Assembly: GCA_035776755.1 (NCBI GenBank) | Contig: DASTWS010000033.1 | Location: 9,771-73,770, forward strand | Reading direction: 5' to 3' | DNA from: Verrucomicrobiia bacterium | GTDB taxonomy: Bacteria; Verrucomicrobiota; Verrucomicrobiia; Limisphaerales; UBA11358 | Length of the DNA stretch: 64,000 nt | Notes under the pieces: generated by a model | Seen by the model: only the letters and a program-made list of their open reading frames with translations | What the model was told of the DNA's origin: nothing | The model's database searches: none | Shown: positions 31,952 to 40,089 of the stretch, piece by piece | How the letters are laid out: each line of letters begins with the position of its first letter | Numbering within the stretch: the stretch's first letter is position 1 | Made by a program: the position numbers and the translations under genes

Positions 31952-33112
31952 TCAAAATGTTGATTTCGGTAATTTAATCGTAAATGTCGCTCCTTTTTCG
32001 GGTTCGCTCTCGCAATTCAATTCGCCGTCGATGGCCAGGACCAATTTGCGGACGATGCTTAAGCCCAGGCCGGTCGAAGGCTCGCCACCAGTCGGCCGGG
32101 CAGACAATCGTCCGTAACGCCGGAACATCCGTTTTTTGTCTTCCTCCGTAAACCCCGGTCCTTCATCGCGCACGATACATTCGATATGATGATTTTGCGC
32201 GCGGACGTTCACATAAATCTTCTTCCCGGGCGGCGAAAATTTCAATGCATTGGAAATCAAATTGTCCACGATCTGCGTCAGCGCCGAGGCATCGGCAAAA
32301 ACCATCGCTTCAGGCGCGGTATCCACGTGGAGCTCCAGGTTTTTGCCTTTGGCTGTCTCGGAATATTGCCGGACGACGTTGAGGACCAGTTCTCCGAAAT
32401 TGACGCGTCCCGGTTTGGGCACAAATCCGTAATCCGCGGCGGCGTTGGCGAGAAATTCTTTGACGAATGCCAGCAATTGCCCGCTCGAACGCAGGATATT
32501 TTCCGACAACCGCGTCAGCCGTTCATCTTTCAATTTGCCGATCTGCGCGCGCAGCAATTCCGCGCTCATGTTCATGCCGCCGACGTGATTTTTCAAATCG
32601 TGCGCCAGGATGCCGATCAGTTCATCTTTGTCCTCGGCCAATTGCTTCAGCCGGTCGAGCGCGTTTTTCAAAGCCAATTGTGTGCGGACGCGGGAAATCA
32701 ATTCCGCCTGGTTGAACGGCTTGGTGATGAAATCCACGCCGCCGGAATTGAGCGCCCGAACGATCAAATCTTTGTCATCGGCCGCGGAAAGGAAAATGAT
32801 CGGAATGTCCTTCCATTCGGGATTTTCTTTCAATCGCCGACAAACTTCATAGCCATCCATGACCGGCATGAGCACATCCAACAAAATCAAATCCGGTTTG
32901 CGGACGGCGATGCGTTTGAGCGCCGTCGCCCCGTCGGCTGCCGGGATGATTTCGTGGCCGAGACCGCCGAGGACGGAACCGACGACGGTGATATTGGCCG
33001 GTTGATCGTCCACGACCAAAATGCTCGCGGAGCCATCGTGATAACGCGGCGGAAAATCTCCGGGCGGCGGCCCGGTTTTTTCATTTTCTGCGATGGATTT
33101 CGCGACGGTCAT
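31952..33112 (-). CDS. Response-regulator receiver fused to histidine kinase (REC-HisKA-HATPase_c)
   Basis: ILVVDDQPANI...LLDVLMPVMDGYE...TKP, then H-box LAHDLKNHV, NLISNALKF, DEGPGF, GLGLSI. Confidence 0.85.
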   Translation of the reverse strand: MTVAKSIAENEKTGPPPGDFPPRYHDGSASILVVDDQPANITVVGSVLGGLGHEIIPAADGATALKRIAVRKPDLILLDVLMPVMDGYEVCRRLKENPEWKDIPIIFLSAADDKDLIVRALNSGGVDFITKPFNQAELISRVRTQLALKNALDRLKQLAEDKDELIGILAHDLKNHVGGMNMSAELLRAQIGKLKDERLTRLSENILRSSGQLLAFVKEFLANAAADYGFVPKPGRVNFGELVLNVVRQYSETAKGKNLELHVDTAPEAMVFADASALTQIVDNLISNALKFSPPGKKIYVNVRAQNHHIECIVRDEGPGFTEEDKKRMFRRYGRLSARPTGGEPSTGLGLSIVRKLVLAIDGELNCESEPEKGATFTIKLPKSTF

Positions 33113-33172
33113 CTCGTAAGGAATATAACGGCGTCCGAGCCGGAAGAACGCAACTTTCGGCGTAAAAAACTA

Positions 33173-35299
33173 TCAAGGTTCATGGTTTTCTCCATTGGCT
33201 TTGTCCATCTGCTCGACCAGGGCGGCAAATTCGCCCAAATGCTTTTCCAAATCTATGACATTATAGTTGTCCGCATCACGCAATAATTTTTGCGCATAGG
33301 CGATGAGCGGCACGCAATTCCATTGTTTGCCCAGATCAATCAGCGTTTCGGCAAAACCTTTGCTTTCGTTCACCGCCACACTGTCGCGGATGCGTGGCCA
33401 CGGACCGACAATCAATTGGCGTAATTGCGTGAGCAATTCCTTCGCGCACGGCGCCGGTTTTGAAGAAACGTCGGCCGTCGCGGCGGCCTCGGACTTTTTC
33501 GCCTGGCGCGGAAGAAATTCGGAAAGTTCGTCGAATAATTGCCGTTTGGAAAACGGCTTGCGCACATAGCCGCTGAAACGTTCTTTCAACAAATTTTCCT
33601 CTTCAGCCATCGTGGATGCGGTGACGGCGATGCTCGGCACCAATTCCATCCCGGCAATTTTGCGGATTTGCGAAAGCGTTTGATAACCGTTGAGGCCGGG
33701 CATCCGGATGTCGAGCAATACGATGTCCGGTTTCAACTCGCGCGCTTTTTCAATCGCTTCGCCGCCACCCGAGGCGAAATTCAGCGAATGATGCGTGCCG
33801 TCGAACATGCCGGCGATCAAGTGACGGTTCGTTTCGTTGTCGTCCACGATGAGGAAATTCGCCGGGCGCAATTCATCGAAATCCACGTCCGCCGACAATG
33901 ATTTTTCTGGCGAAGGAATCCGCGCCGAAATATGGATGTGCGGAAAGCGCAGGTGAAAAGCCGATCCCTGGCCGACCACGCTGGCCACGGTGACGGTTCC
34001 GCCCATCATTTCGGTAAGGCGTTTGACGATGGAAAGGCCGAGTCCCGAGCCTTGTTTTTTTTCGTCCTGATGCACGCCGGCTTGCACAAATGGTTTGAAA
34101 ATGGCGTCCAATTTCGAGCGCGGAATCCCCACGCCGGTGTCCTGCACTTCCACGATGAGCGTGATGCGGCTGCCATTTTCTTTTTCCGAGCCGACGCGCA
34201 CTTCCACACCGCCTTTGTCTGTAAATTTGATGGCATTGCCGACCAGGTTCACCAGAATCTGTCGCAGCCGGATGCGATCAATCAAAATGGCGCGGGGCAT
34301 ATCTTCGCGAACGGAACATTCAAAGCGCAGATTTTTTTTGGCAGAAGGCTCGGCGAACAGCGTGCGGACAAATTCACAGATTTCGCGCAAGTCGGTTGGC
34401 TCGGGATGCAATTCCACCGCGCCGGCTTCGATCTTGGACATGTCGAGGATATCGTTGATGAGCGTCAGCAACGAACCGGCGCTGGAACGGATAAAATGGA
34501 GATAATGTTTTTGCCGCGGCGTTTTCAAATCCGCTTCGAGCAATTCACTGAAACCGAGGATGGCATTCATCGGTGTGCGGATTTCGTGGCTCATATTGGC
34601 GAGGAAAACGGTCTTTTCCTGGTTGCTGTGCTCGGCGCGGATTTTGGCTTCAATCAATTCCCGCTCGCGCCGCTGGTGCCGGATGATGGCTTGCGAAAGC
34701 CAGAGCGCAAAAATGCCCGCGCCCACGCCAAAACTGCCGGCGATGAGGCTGGTCATATTGGCGCGCATCACGTGACCGTTGATTTCGCTGCGAAATTCCA
34801 TCTGCCGATCCAATGCCAATTGGTTCAATTGCTCTTTCTGCGTGTGAAACGCATTCAATGCATTGCGAAAATCCGTCGCGGCGACCAGCGCGGCCGCTTT
34901 GTCGAAATTCTTTGCCCGGGCGGCCACGGCATCCTGAATCGAACTCATTTCAACTTCCACCGTCGCTTTCAAATCCGTGGAGGCCTGCAGCAAATCGGGA
35001 TCGTCGTGAACCAGTATCAGCAATTTTTTGAAGTGCACCGGCAGATCGGCTTTGGCTTCAAAAAATGATCGCAAAAAATTGGTGTCGCCGGTCACGATGT
35101 AGCCATTGACGTCGCCTTCGGCCGCGAGCAGTTTGCGGTCAATAAAGCCCAATTCATCGCGGATGGTGATGATGCGCCGGACGGAGGTCATGCGACTGGT
35201 CAATTGCGTCCATGAAACTGCGGCAATGACCATGCTGCCGATCGACAGCGTGAGCCACAAGATCACGATCAGTTTGTAAAATTGCCTTTGCCTATTCAT
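33173..35299 (-). CDS. Membrane hybrid sensor kinase: CHASE3-like periplasmic domain + HisKA + HATPase_c + REC + C-terminal HPt-like domain
   Basis: Two TM segments flank a CHASE3-like region ([16 protein letters not shown]). H-box [37 protein letters not shown] has LIVDDNETN...[11 protein letters not shown]. Start chosen at MNRQRQ (35299); track start is 35332. Confidence 0.85.
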   Translation of the reverse strand: MNRQRQFYKLIVILWLTLSIGSMVIAAVSWTQLTSRMTSVRRIITIRDELGFIDRKLLAAEGDVNGYIVTGDTNFLRSFFEAKADLPVHFKKLLILVHDDPDLLQASTDLKATVEVEMSSIQDAVAARAKNFDKAAALVAATDFRNALNAFHTQKEQLNQLALDRQMEFRSEINGHVMRANMTSLIAGSFGVGAGIFALWLSQAIIRHQRRERELIEAKIRAEHSNQEKTVFLANMSHEIRTPMNAILGFSELLEADLKTPRQKHYLHFIRSSAGSLLTLINDILDMSKIEAGAVELHPEPTDLREICEFVRTLFAEPSAKKNLRFECSVREDMPRAILIDRIRLRQILVNLVGNAIKFTDKGGVEVRVGSEKENGSRITLIVEVQDTGVGIPRSKLDAIFKPFVQAGVHQDEKKQGSGLGLSIVKRLTEMMGGTVTVASVVGQGSAFHLRFPHIHISARIPSPEKSLSADVDFDELRPANFLIVDDNETNRHLIAGMFDGTHHSLNFASGGGEAIEKARELKPDIVLLDIRMPGLNGYQTLSQIRKIAGMELVPSIAVTASTMAEEENLLKERFSGYVRKPFSKRQLFDELSEFLPRQAKKSEAAATADVSSKPAPCAKELLTQLRQLIVGPWPRIRDSVAVNESKGFAETLIDLGKQWNCVPLIAYAQKLLRDADNYNVIDLEKHLGEFAALVEQMDKANGENHEP

Positions 35300-35380
35300 G
35301 CCATTGCTTGCGTTTCCCCAAGCAAAAGTCATTTCTTCCGAATCCGCCTGTGCGGAAAAGAAAAATGGTGCCGCGATTTT

Positions 35381-35704
35381 TTAAGCTTTGCGTTTCCGTT
35401 CCCGCAGCATGGAAACGAGCGACATGCCGATCTTGGCGCCGCTAATCATGTTGCCGAGCCAGGCGCCCCGGCGAGACGAACCGTTGCGCCGGAAAAGCCG
35501 CCGCGCGGTGACAAACATTCCGGTGGCCGCAGCAGCCGATTGCGCGATTTTTTTCGCGGCGCGGACGGGATTGATGGTTTCGCGCACGGATGTTTTAAGC
35601 GTGATCCATTCCCGCACGATCTGGACACGGTTCAATTCGCTTTCCACCACCAGCTCGTGTTTTTTGGCGCGCAATTCTGCTAAAGAAAGGTTTTGTCCAG
35701 GCAT
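35381..35704 (-). CDS. YqjK-like small protein (third gene of a yqjD-yqjE-yqjK-type operon)
   Basis: LAELRAKKHELVVESELNRVQIVREW... followed by a hydrophobic/Arg-rich tail resembles E. coli YqjK as recalled. Position after the YqjE-like gene supports it. The start is uncertain. Confidence 0.45.
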   Translation of the reverse strand: MPGQNLSLAELRAKKHELVVESELNRVQIVREWITLKTSVRETINPVRAAKKIAQSAAAATGMFVTARRLFRRNGSSRRGAWLGNMISGAKIGMSLVSMLRERKRKA

Positions 35705-36111
35705 TCGCGGTCCTTTTTCAATTGTTCGAGCGTCGTGGGCAGGAAAGACCAATCACGCTTCAAGCGGAGCAGCAGGATATAACAGATGATGCCCGCAATG
35801 GCATAAAAGCCCGCCAGCGCGAGCAGCGCCGCCACCGGTGAATCTTTCCAGAATGCCGCGGCGATGACTGCTGTGATGGCAATACAGGCGAGCAGCCCAA
35901 AAATTGCCATGGCCATCAGCAGACAAATGGCGCGGATGATCACTTCGCGTTCTTCCTGCAATTCGATCATCAACAGGTCAAAACGATTTCCGACCAGCAC
36001 AAGAATGCGTTGAGCGATGCGTTTGGACGCGTCGCTCAAACCCGGTGCGTTGGATTTTTCGGTGGTTTCCACAAGGCAATCGTTTTCCGATTCGTTCACC
36101 GGTTTAATCAC
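35680..36111 (-). CDS. YqjE/DUF1469-like (phage-holin-family) inner-membrane protein
   Basis: 143 aa with two central TM helices, NRFDLLMIELQEEREV and a LKKDRE tail. GTG start overlaps the stop of the upstream yqjD-like gene. Confidence 0.6.
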   Translation of the reverse strand: MIKPVNESENDCLVETTEKSNAPGLSDASKRIAQRILVLVGNRFDLLMIELQEEREVIIRAICLLMAMAIFGLLACIAITAVIAAAFWKDSPVAALLALAGFYAIAGIICYILLLRLKRDWSFLPTTLEQLKKDRECLDKTFL

Positions 36112-36412
36112 GGGAACGGCTCAATAGATATCCGAGCAACGCACCGACGCCCAGCGCGACGCCAATTGAGGAATATGGATTTTCGCGGATGGCGTCATCC
36201 GTCATTCTCGCGCCGGCCGCGGCTTTTTCGGAAACCGTATTCCACGTTTCTTTACCGCATTCGGCAACGCGTTCCATGACCTGTTTCAATCGTTTACGCG
36301 CCTCAGCCACCTTTTCAGATGCGACATCCGCAGTGGCTTCCATCAGTGTTTGTGCATCTTCAATCATTTGTGCAGGGTCCTCACGCAATGCCTCTTCAAT
36401 ATTCTTTTTCAT
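36104..36412 (-). CDS. DUF883 (ElaB/YqjD/YgaM) family stress-associated, C-tail-anchored ribosome-binding protein
   Basis: MKKNIEEAL...AEARKRLKQVMERV...IRENPYSSIGVALGVGALLGYLLSR is the canonical DUF883 C-terminus. Start at ATG 36412. Confidence 0.8.
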   Translation of the reverse strand: MKKNIEEALREDPAQMIEDAQTLMEATADVASEKVAEARKRLKQVMERVAECGKETWNTVSEKAAAGARMTDDAIRENPYSSIGVALGVGALLGYLLSRSRD

Positions 36413-36600
36413 AATTTGTCCTTTCAATTGTCCCGCCGGCCGGCCATGAAACAGGCGCACTTGCGGCCTTGTTTCGGTCGTTTAAAACGTCGTTTAGCGT
36501 TTATCGCTTTCAAGCTGGTGCCATGCCGTTTGCAAAAACTTTTCCTCTGCTGAAAATCAAATGATTTACAAATTCCGAACAGGAAAGGCGACCACGGCGA

Positions 36601-36611
36601 TGCAATTTGCA
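36601..36611. promoter_or_regulatory. Dyad TGCAATTTGCA (TGCAA-N-TTGCA), candidate enhancer-binding-protein site 1
   Basis: Exact 11-mer repeated at 36633..36643, 32 bp centre to centre. About 75-110 bp upstream of the predicted sigma-54 start site. Confidence 0.35.
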
Positions 36612-36632
36612 CGCGCTCTTCCGGGCGTATTT

Positions 36633-36643
36633 TGCAATTTGCA
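36633..36643. promoter_or_regulatory. Dyad TGCAATTTGCA, candidate enhancer-binding-protein site 2
   Basis: Identical copy of the 36601 site. A third near-copy, TGCGATTTGCA, is at 37590..37600. Confidence 0.35.
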
Positions 36644-36686
36644 TTTGTTTCGGAGAATTGTGATCAAAAAATCTCCAGACTTTTTC

Positions 36687-36701
36687 GGCACGACACCTGC
36701 A
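36687..36701 (+). promoter_or_regulatory. Sigma-54-type -24/-12 promoter (GGCACGACACCTGCA)
   Basis: Fits GG-N10-GC and 13 of 16 positions of TGGCACG-N4-TTGCA. Faces the CBM48/DUF3185 genes. Confidence 0.5.
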
Positions 36702-36813
36702 GAACCGGTTCCCAGTGTGTCGCACCCGGCGGAAGCCGCGAGACGGACGCCGAGGAGAATAATTTGTGAAACTAAAATTGAATATGCGGCTCAATGTCCG
36801 GCGTATTCAAAAT

Positions 36814-36872
36814 GACAAGCCGGATGCCGCCTCGACGACCAACAACATGGCATCCGGTTTGTCGCAGTTTTT
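36814..36872 (+). terminator. 15-bp hairpin (GACAAGCCGGATGCC/GGCATCCGGTTTGTC, one G-U) followed 4 nt later by TTTTT: attenuator or terminator-like element in the leader
   Basis: Direct reading. Located between the sigma-54-type promoter and the CBM48 gene start. Confidence 0.35.
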
Positions 36873-36884
36873 GGAGTGGAAATA

Positions 36885-37385
36885 ATGAAGACATTTGACA
36901 TCCGTTATCCGATGAGTCCGCTGCTGTTTCGACTCGCGGCGCGTCTCGAAATGCCGGCGTTGCGCCGCGCGTTGATGCCCGCTTTTCGGGCGGCGACAAA
37001 ATTTGCGGGAAGACAAACCCGGCTGGAAACAAAAACGCCCGAAATGGAAACGACCAGGGCTTCCATGCCGTCGCCGGAAAACGAAAAGCGTTCGGATGCT
37101 CCGCAAGGGCATTTTTCGACCGGCGAACCGCGAAAGGTGCTTTTTCAACTCAAAGCGCCAGAGGCACGGTCGGTCAAGCTTGTGGCCGATTTCACGGATT
37201 GGGAAAAATATCCGCTCGATATGATCCGCGGCGACAACGGCGATTGGTTCGCCATTGTGCCGCTCTCGCCGGGGCATTATTCGTATCGATTTCTGGTGGA
37301 CGGCAATTGGTTCAATGATCCTTATGCGCCAGCCGTTGAGCGCAATCCATTCGGCACGGCCAATACCATTGTGCAAGTGGTTTGA
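36885..37385 (+). CDS. Small CBM48/AMPK-beta-type glycogen-binding-domain (E-set) protein
   Basis: C-terminal RKVLFQLKAPEARSVKLVADFTDWEKYPLDMIRGDNGDWFAIVPLSPGHYSYRFLVDGNWFNDPYAP...NPFG is the CBM48 pattern. The N-terminal 55 aa are Arg/Ala-rich, so the true start may be ATG 37044 (METTRAS). Confidence 0.7.
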   Translation: MKTFDIRYPMSPLLFRLAARLEMPALRRALMPAFRAATKFAGRQTRLETKTPEMETTRASMPSPENEKRSDAPQGHFSTGEPRKVLFQLKAPEARSVKLVADFTDWEKYPLDMIRGDNGDWFAIVPLSPGHYSYRFLVDGNWFNDPYAPAVERNPFGTANTIVQVV

Positions 37386-37388
37386 TTT

Positions 37389-37589
37389 ATGGTCCGCGGA
37401 CTCGGCGCCATTTTGCTTGCGGCCGGAATTGCCGCGTTGATTTTCGGAGTTCATGCCGCTTTCCATTCGCGCGTTTCCCCTGCGCTTGAAACCAGGCCCG
37501 GAAATCAAATCATGTGGTTCTACGTCGGTGGAATCGTGGGCATTGTCCTGGGCGCGGTGATGGTCCTGCTGCCGTCGCGAAGACCTTGA
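37389..37589 (+). CDS. DUF3185-family small two-TM membrane protein
   Basis: 66 aa: GAILLAAGIAALIFGV...IMWFYVGGIVGIVLGAVMVLL. Starts 3 nt after the upstream stop. Confidence 0.7.
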   Translation: MVRGLGAILLAAGIAALIFGVHAAFHSRVSPALETRPGNQIMWFYVGGIVGIVLGAVMVLLPSRRP

Positions 37590-37600
37590 TGCGATTTGCA
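37590..37600. promoter_or_regulatory. Dyad TGCGATTTGCA, third copy of the TGCAA-N-TTGCA motif
   Basis: One mismatch to the 36601 and 36633 sites. About 115 bp upstream of the predicted start of the second sigma-54-type promoter. Confidence 0.3.
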
Positions 37601-37684
37601 TCGATCGATTTTGCCGTCGTGCAAAAGTCCAAGAGAAACGCTGGTTAAAAACATTTAATCATGCGAACGGATGAAAATTATTTC

Positions 37685-37700
37685 TGGCACACAGAAAGCT
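37685..37700 (+). promoter_or_regulatory. Sigma-54-type -24/-12 promoter (TGGCACACAGAAAGCT)
   Basis: Perfect TGGCAC with GC at the correct N10 spacing; the -12 region AAGCT is weaker than TTGCA. 48 bp upstream of the BON gene, which has a strong AAGGAG RBS. Confidence 0.45.
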
Positions 37701-37747
37701 AAACCATTTCAGCCTCATGTGGGGATTGAAAAACGAAAGGAGAAATT

Positions 37748-38119
37748 ATGAGCATCAAAACCAATACAGTCAGCCTGGCGCTTTGCCTGGGATTATTGAC
37801 AGCGGGAGCTGTCGGAACGGTCACCGGTTGCGCCGGCACCAATGGAAACCGCAGCACCGGCCAATACATTGACGACAAAGCCACGGCCATGCGTGTGCGC
37901 GATGCACTGCACGACAATCCTGAATATAAATTCGATCAGGTCAACGTCAGCGTGTTGCGCGGCACGGTGCAATTGAGTGGATTTGTTCCCAGCGACAGCG
38001 AAAAGACGAAAGCCGGCAACATCGCCAAAAACACGTCCGGCGTTAAAAACGTGGTCAACAACATCACCGTTACCAGCTCAAACAACAATAACGGAAATAA
38101 TAACAACGCTAACCAGTAA
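37748..38119 (+). CDS. BON-domain (OsmY-like) lipoprotein with Asn-rich C-terminal tail
   Basis: Lipobox LTAGAVGTVTGC. BON motif DDKATAMRVRDAL...VSVLRGTVQLSGFV..SEKTKAGNIAKNTSGVKNVVNNITV. Tail SSNNNNGNNNNANQ. Confidence 0.85.
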   Translation: MSIKTNTVSLALCLGLLTAGAVGTVTGCAGTNGNRSTGQYIDDKATAMRVRDALHDNPEYKFDQVNVSVLRGTVQLSGFVPSDSEKTKAGNIAKNTSGVKNVVNNITVTSSNNNNGNNNNANQ

Positions 38120-38137
38120 ATGCCGTTGGCAGAAACT

Positions 38138-38392
38138 ATGAAAAAAATCGTTCCCATCCTCGTCATCATTGCCGCCGTTGCAACGGGTTGCAATAACAAG
38201 AACAATTCCAATAACGGCACCGGAAATACAGCCGTTCCGGAAACCAATAATATCGGAAATGCAAATAATGCAACGGCCCAGCCCGGTGGCACAGAAAACG
38301 GCGCGGCACAAACCAACAACGGCGCAAATGGCCCGATGAACAGCGTCGGCGGAACCGGCGCCGCGGCGCAAACCAATACGCCGCCGCAATAA
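38138..38392 (+). CDS. Small Asn/Gly/Thr-rich low-complexity lipoprotein
   Basis: MKKIVPILVIIAAVATGC lipobox followed by NNKNNSNNGTGNT...; no recognisable domain. Confidence 0.5.
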   Translation: MKKIVPILVIIAAVATGCNNKNNSNNGTGNTAVPETNNIGNANNATAQPGGTENGAAQTNNGANGPMNSVGGTGAAAQTNTPPQ

Positions 38393-38403
38393 ACGTTGAT
38401 GAT

Positions 38404-38450
38404 TTCCAGCGCGACCGGCCATTTGCAGAGACGAATGGCACGCGCTGGAA
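38404..38450. terminator. Compound hairpin between convergent genes (TTCCAGCGCG...CGCGCTGGAA with inner GCCATT/AATGGC)
   Basis: Perfect 10-bp outer arms plus 6-bp inner arms, followed by TTGTTT. Lies between the lipoprotein (+) and hisB (-) 3' ends. Confidence 0.5.
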
Positions 38451-38454
38451 TTGT

Positions 38455-39117
38455 TTACAATTTTCCCTTGGTGCTGGGCAATTGTCCGGCAATCCGCGGA
38501 TCAAATTGCCGCGCCGCGTCCACTGCCCGCGCAAACGCCTTGAACAATGCCTCGACGATGTGATGCGGTTCGTCGCCGTAAAGCAATTCCAGGTGCAAAT
38601 TACAGCGCGCTTCGTTTGCGAAGGCTTGAAAAAATTCTCGGGCCAGGCCAAATCGAAAGGCGCTGGAGGCATCCTGGTTCTTTTCCGCATCCGAAATTTT
38701 TTTCTGCGAAAATTTGTCCAGCCCGCGCCAGACCAGATACGGCCGCCCGCTGAAATCCACCACACAACGTGCGAGACATTCATCCATCGGCACATACGCT
38801 TCACCGGTAAAGGGATTTTTCGGATGGAAACCTGAACCATATCGGCGGATCCCGCGTTTATCGCCGAGCGCAGTCGCGAACGCCTGTCCGAGCGCGATGC
38901 CGCAATCTTCGACGGTATGATGCGCGTCAATTTCCAGATCCCCGTCGCATTTCAGATCCAGATCCACTGTCGCGTGTTTCGCAAACAGCGTGAGCATATG
39001 GTCGAAAAACGGAACCCCGGTATGAATTTTCGATTTGCCTTTGCCGTCAAGGTTGAGGCGGATGGAAATGTTGGTTTCATTCGTGCGCCGCGAAATTTTG
39101 GCCTGTCGCGCTTTCAT
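38455..39117 (-). CDS. hisB: Imidazoleglycerol-phosphate dehydratase
   Basis: RRTNETNISIRLNLDG, GVPFFDHMLTLFAKH, DAHHTVEDCGIALG, HHIVEALFKAFARA, LPSTKGKL. Start at MKARQAK (39117). Confidence 0.9.
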   Translation of the reverse strand: MKARQAKISRRTNETNISIRLNLDGKGKSKIHTGVPFFDHMLTLFAKHATVDLDLKCDGDLEIDAHHTVEDCGIALGQAFATALGDKRGIRRYGSGFHPKNPFTGEAYVPMDECLARCVVDFSGRPYLVWRGLDKFSQKKISDAEKNQDASSAFRFGLAREFFQAFANEARCNLHLELLYGDEPHHIVEALFKAFARAVDAARQFDPRIAGQLPSTKGKL

Positions 39118-39171
39118 TGTGGAATTAAAACAAACTGTGGAAGGAAACACCAAGCGGATTCTTTTCCGGAT

Positions 39172-40089
39172 TCATTGCGGCGGGAGCGCGGGCAAACTAT
39201 TGGTGCGGGCATTTTCCGGCATTTTTTTCTGAATGTCGTCGATCATGCTTTGGATGCTTTCCGGAGTGAGCGATGCCTTTTTCGCGAGCTGGAGCCAATA
39301 AACGGCACGCGGATAATTGCCTTCTTTTTCCTCCAGCAATCCTAATTGCGTCCCGAGTTTTTCCATGAGCAAACGGTTGTCTTTCATGTCCTGGGCGGAG
39401 AGTTTTAAATATTTTTGCACGGCCAGTTCCCAGACGTTTCGCGCGCGACCGGGATCGTGTAAATCTTCGTTGTAAAGGCAGCCGAGTTCAAAAAGAATCT
39501 CATAGCTGTCGGGATTATTGCGAAGTCCTTCCCGCAAAAATGCCAGCGCTTCATCCGGCTTATGCATCCGTGAGCGCAACCAATAGCCGGTCACGACGTA
39601 AGTCTGGACATTGTGCGGGTCGAGGTCGGCGGAAAGCTTGAGCCACGGCAAAATTTCGCGGATTTCGCCACTGTCCTTCAAATCACCACTCGCGCCGCCT
39701 TGGTCCAAATGCGTGTGGCGGTTCGGATAAAAATGACGGCTGAACGCATCAATCCAATCCAATTGCCGCATACGAAAACCTTGTTCCTCTTCTCCGCCCT
39801 TATTTTTGCTGGCCACGGCGCCGGTGTCTTCGGCGATGTGCGGGGTCTGAAAGTTTTCACGATTGTCAAAAATGCTCGGGTAATAACCGCTGTGATAATA
39901 TTCATCGGCCTTGACGTAAAATTCGTTGGCAAACAACGCACGGCCTTCGCCGAGGGTTATCTCAAAAATGTCTCCATCGGCGCGGCTGCCTCTCCATTCA
40001 TGAAATTGTGGCTCCAACTTTGCCGCCATTGCAAAACAGGCAACCATCAGAGCAATGAGCAATAAAATGTAAAGGCGCGGAGAAATCAT
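39172..40089 (-). CDS. N-terminally membrane-anchored TPR-repeat protein
   Basis: TM MISPRLYILLLIALMVACFAMA, then TPR-like helical repeats (ALAFLREGLRNNPDSYEILFELGCLY..., RAVYWLQLA). Its start abuts the stop of the upstream permease gene. Confidence 0.6.
   Translation of the reverse strand: MISPRLYILLLIALMVACFAMAAKLEPQFHEWRGSRADGDIFEITLGEGRALFANEFYVKADEYYHSGYYPSIFDNRENFQTPHIAEDTGAVASKNKGGEEEQGFRMRQLDWIDAFSRHFYPNRHTHLDQGGASGDLKDSGEIREILPWLKLSADLDPHNVQTYVVTGYWLRSRMHKPDEALAFLREGLRNNPDSYEILFELGCLYNEDLHDPGRARNVWELAVQKYLKLSAQDMKDNRLLMEKLGTQLGLLEEKEGNYPRAVYWLQLAKKASLTPESIQSMIDDIQKKMPENARTNSLPALPPQ

Noticed and set aside
36508-36523. Minus-strand TGGCACCAGCTTGAAA upstream of the yqjD-like operon, as a possible third sigma-54 promoter served by the same dyads
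   Set aside because: TGGCAC is perfect, but the position expected for the -12 GC reads AA. TTGAA is one nt too close and lacks the C. It does not satisfy GG-N10-GC.
36510-36815. Track ORFs 36510-36794 (-) and 36561-36815 (+) in the 470-bp gap between the divergent stress operons
   Set aside because: No motifs, Arg/Cys-rich odd composition, and no RBS. The region is better explained by promoters, dyads and a leader.
36807-37601. 264-aa minus-strand ORF covering the CBM48 and DUF3185 genes
   Set aside because: It is antisense to two ORFs with recognisable domain patterns and has Arg/His/Ser-rich nonsense composition.
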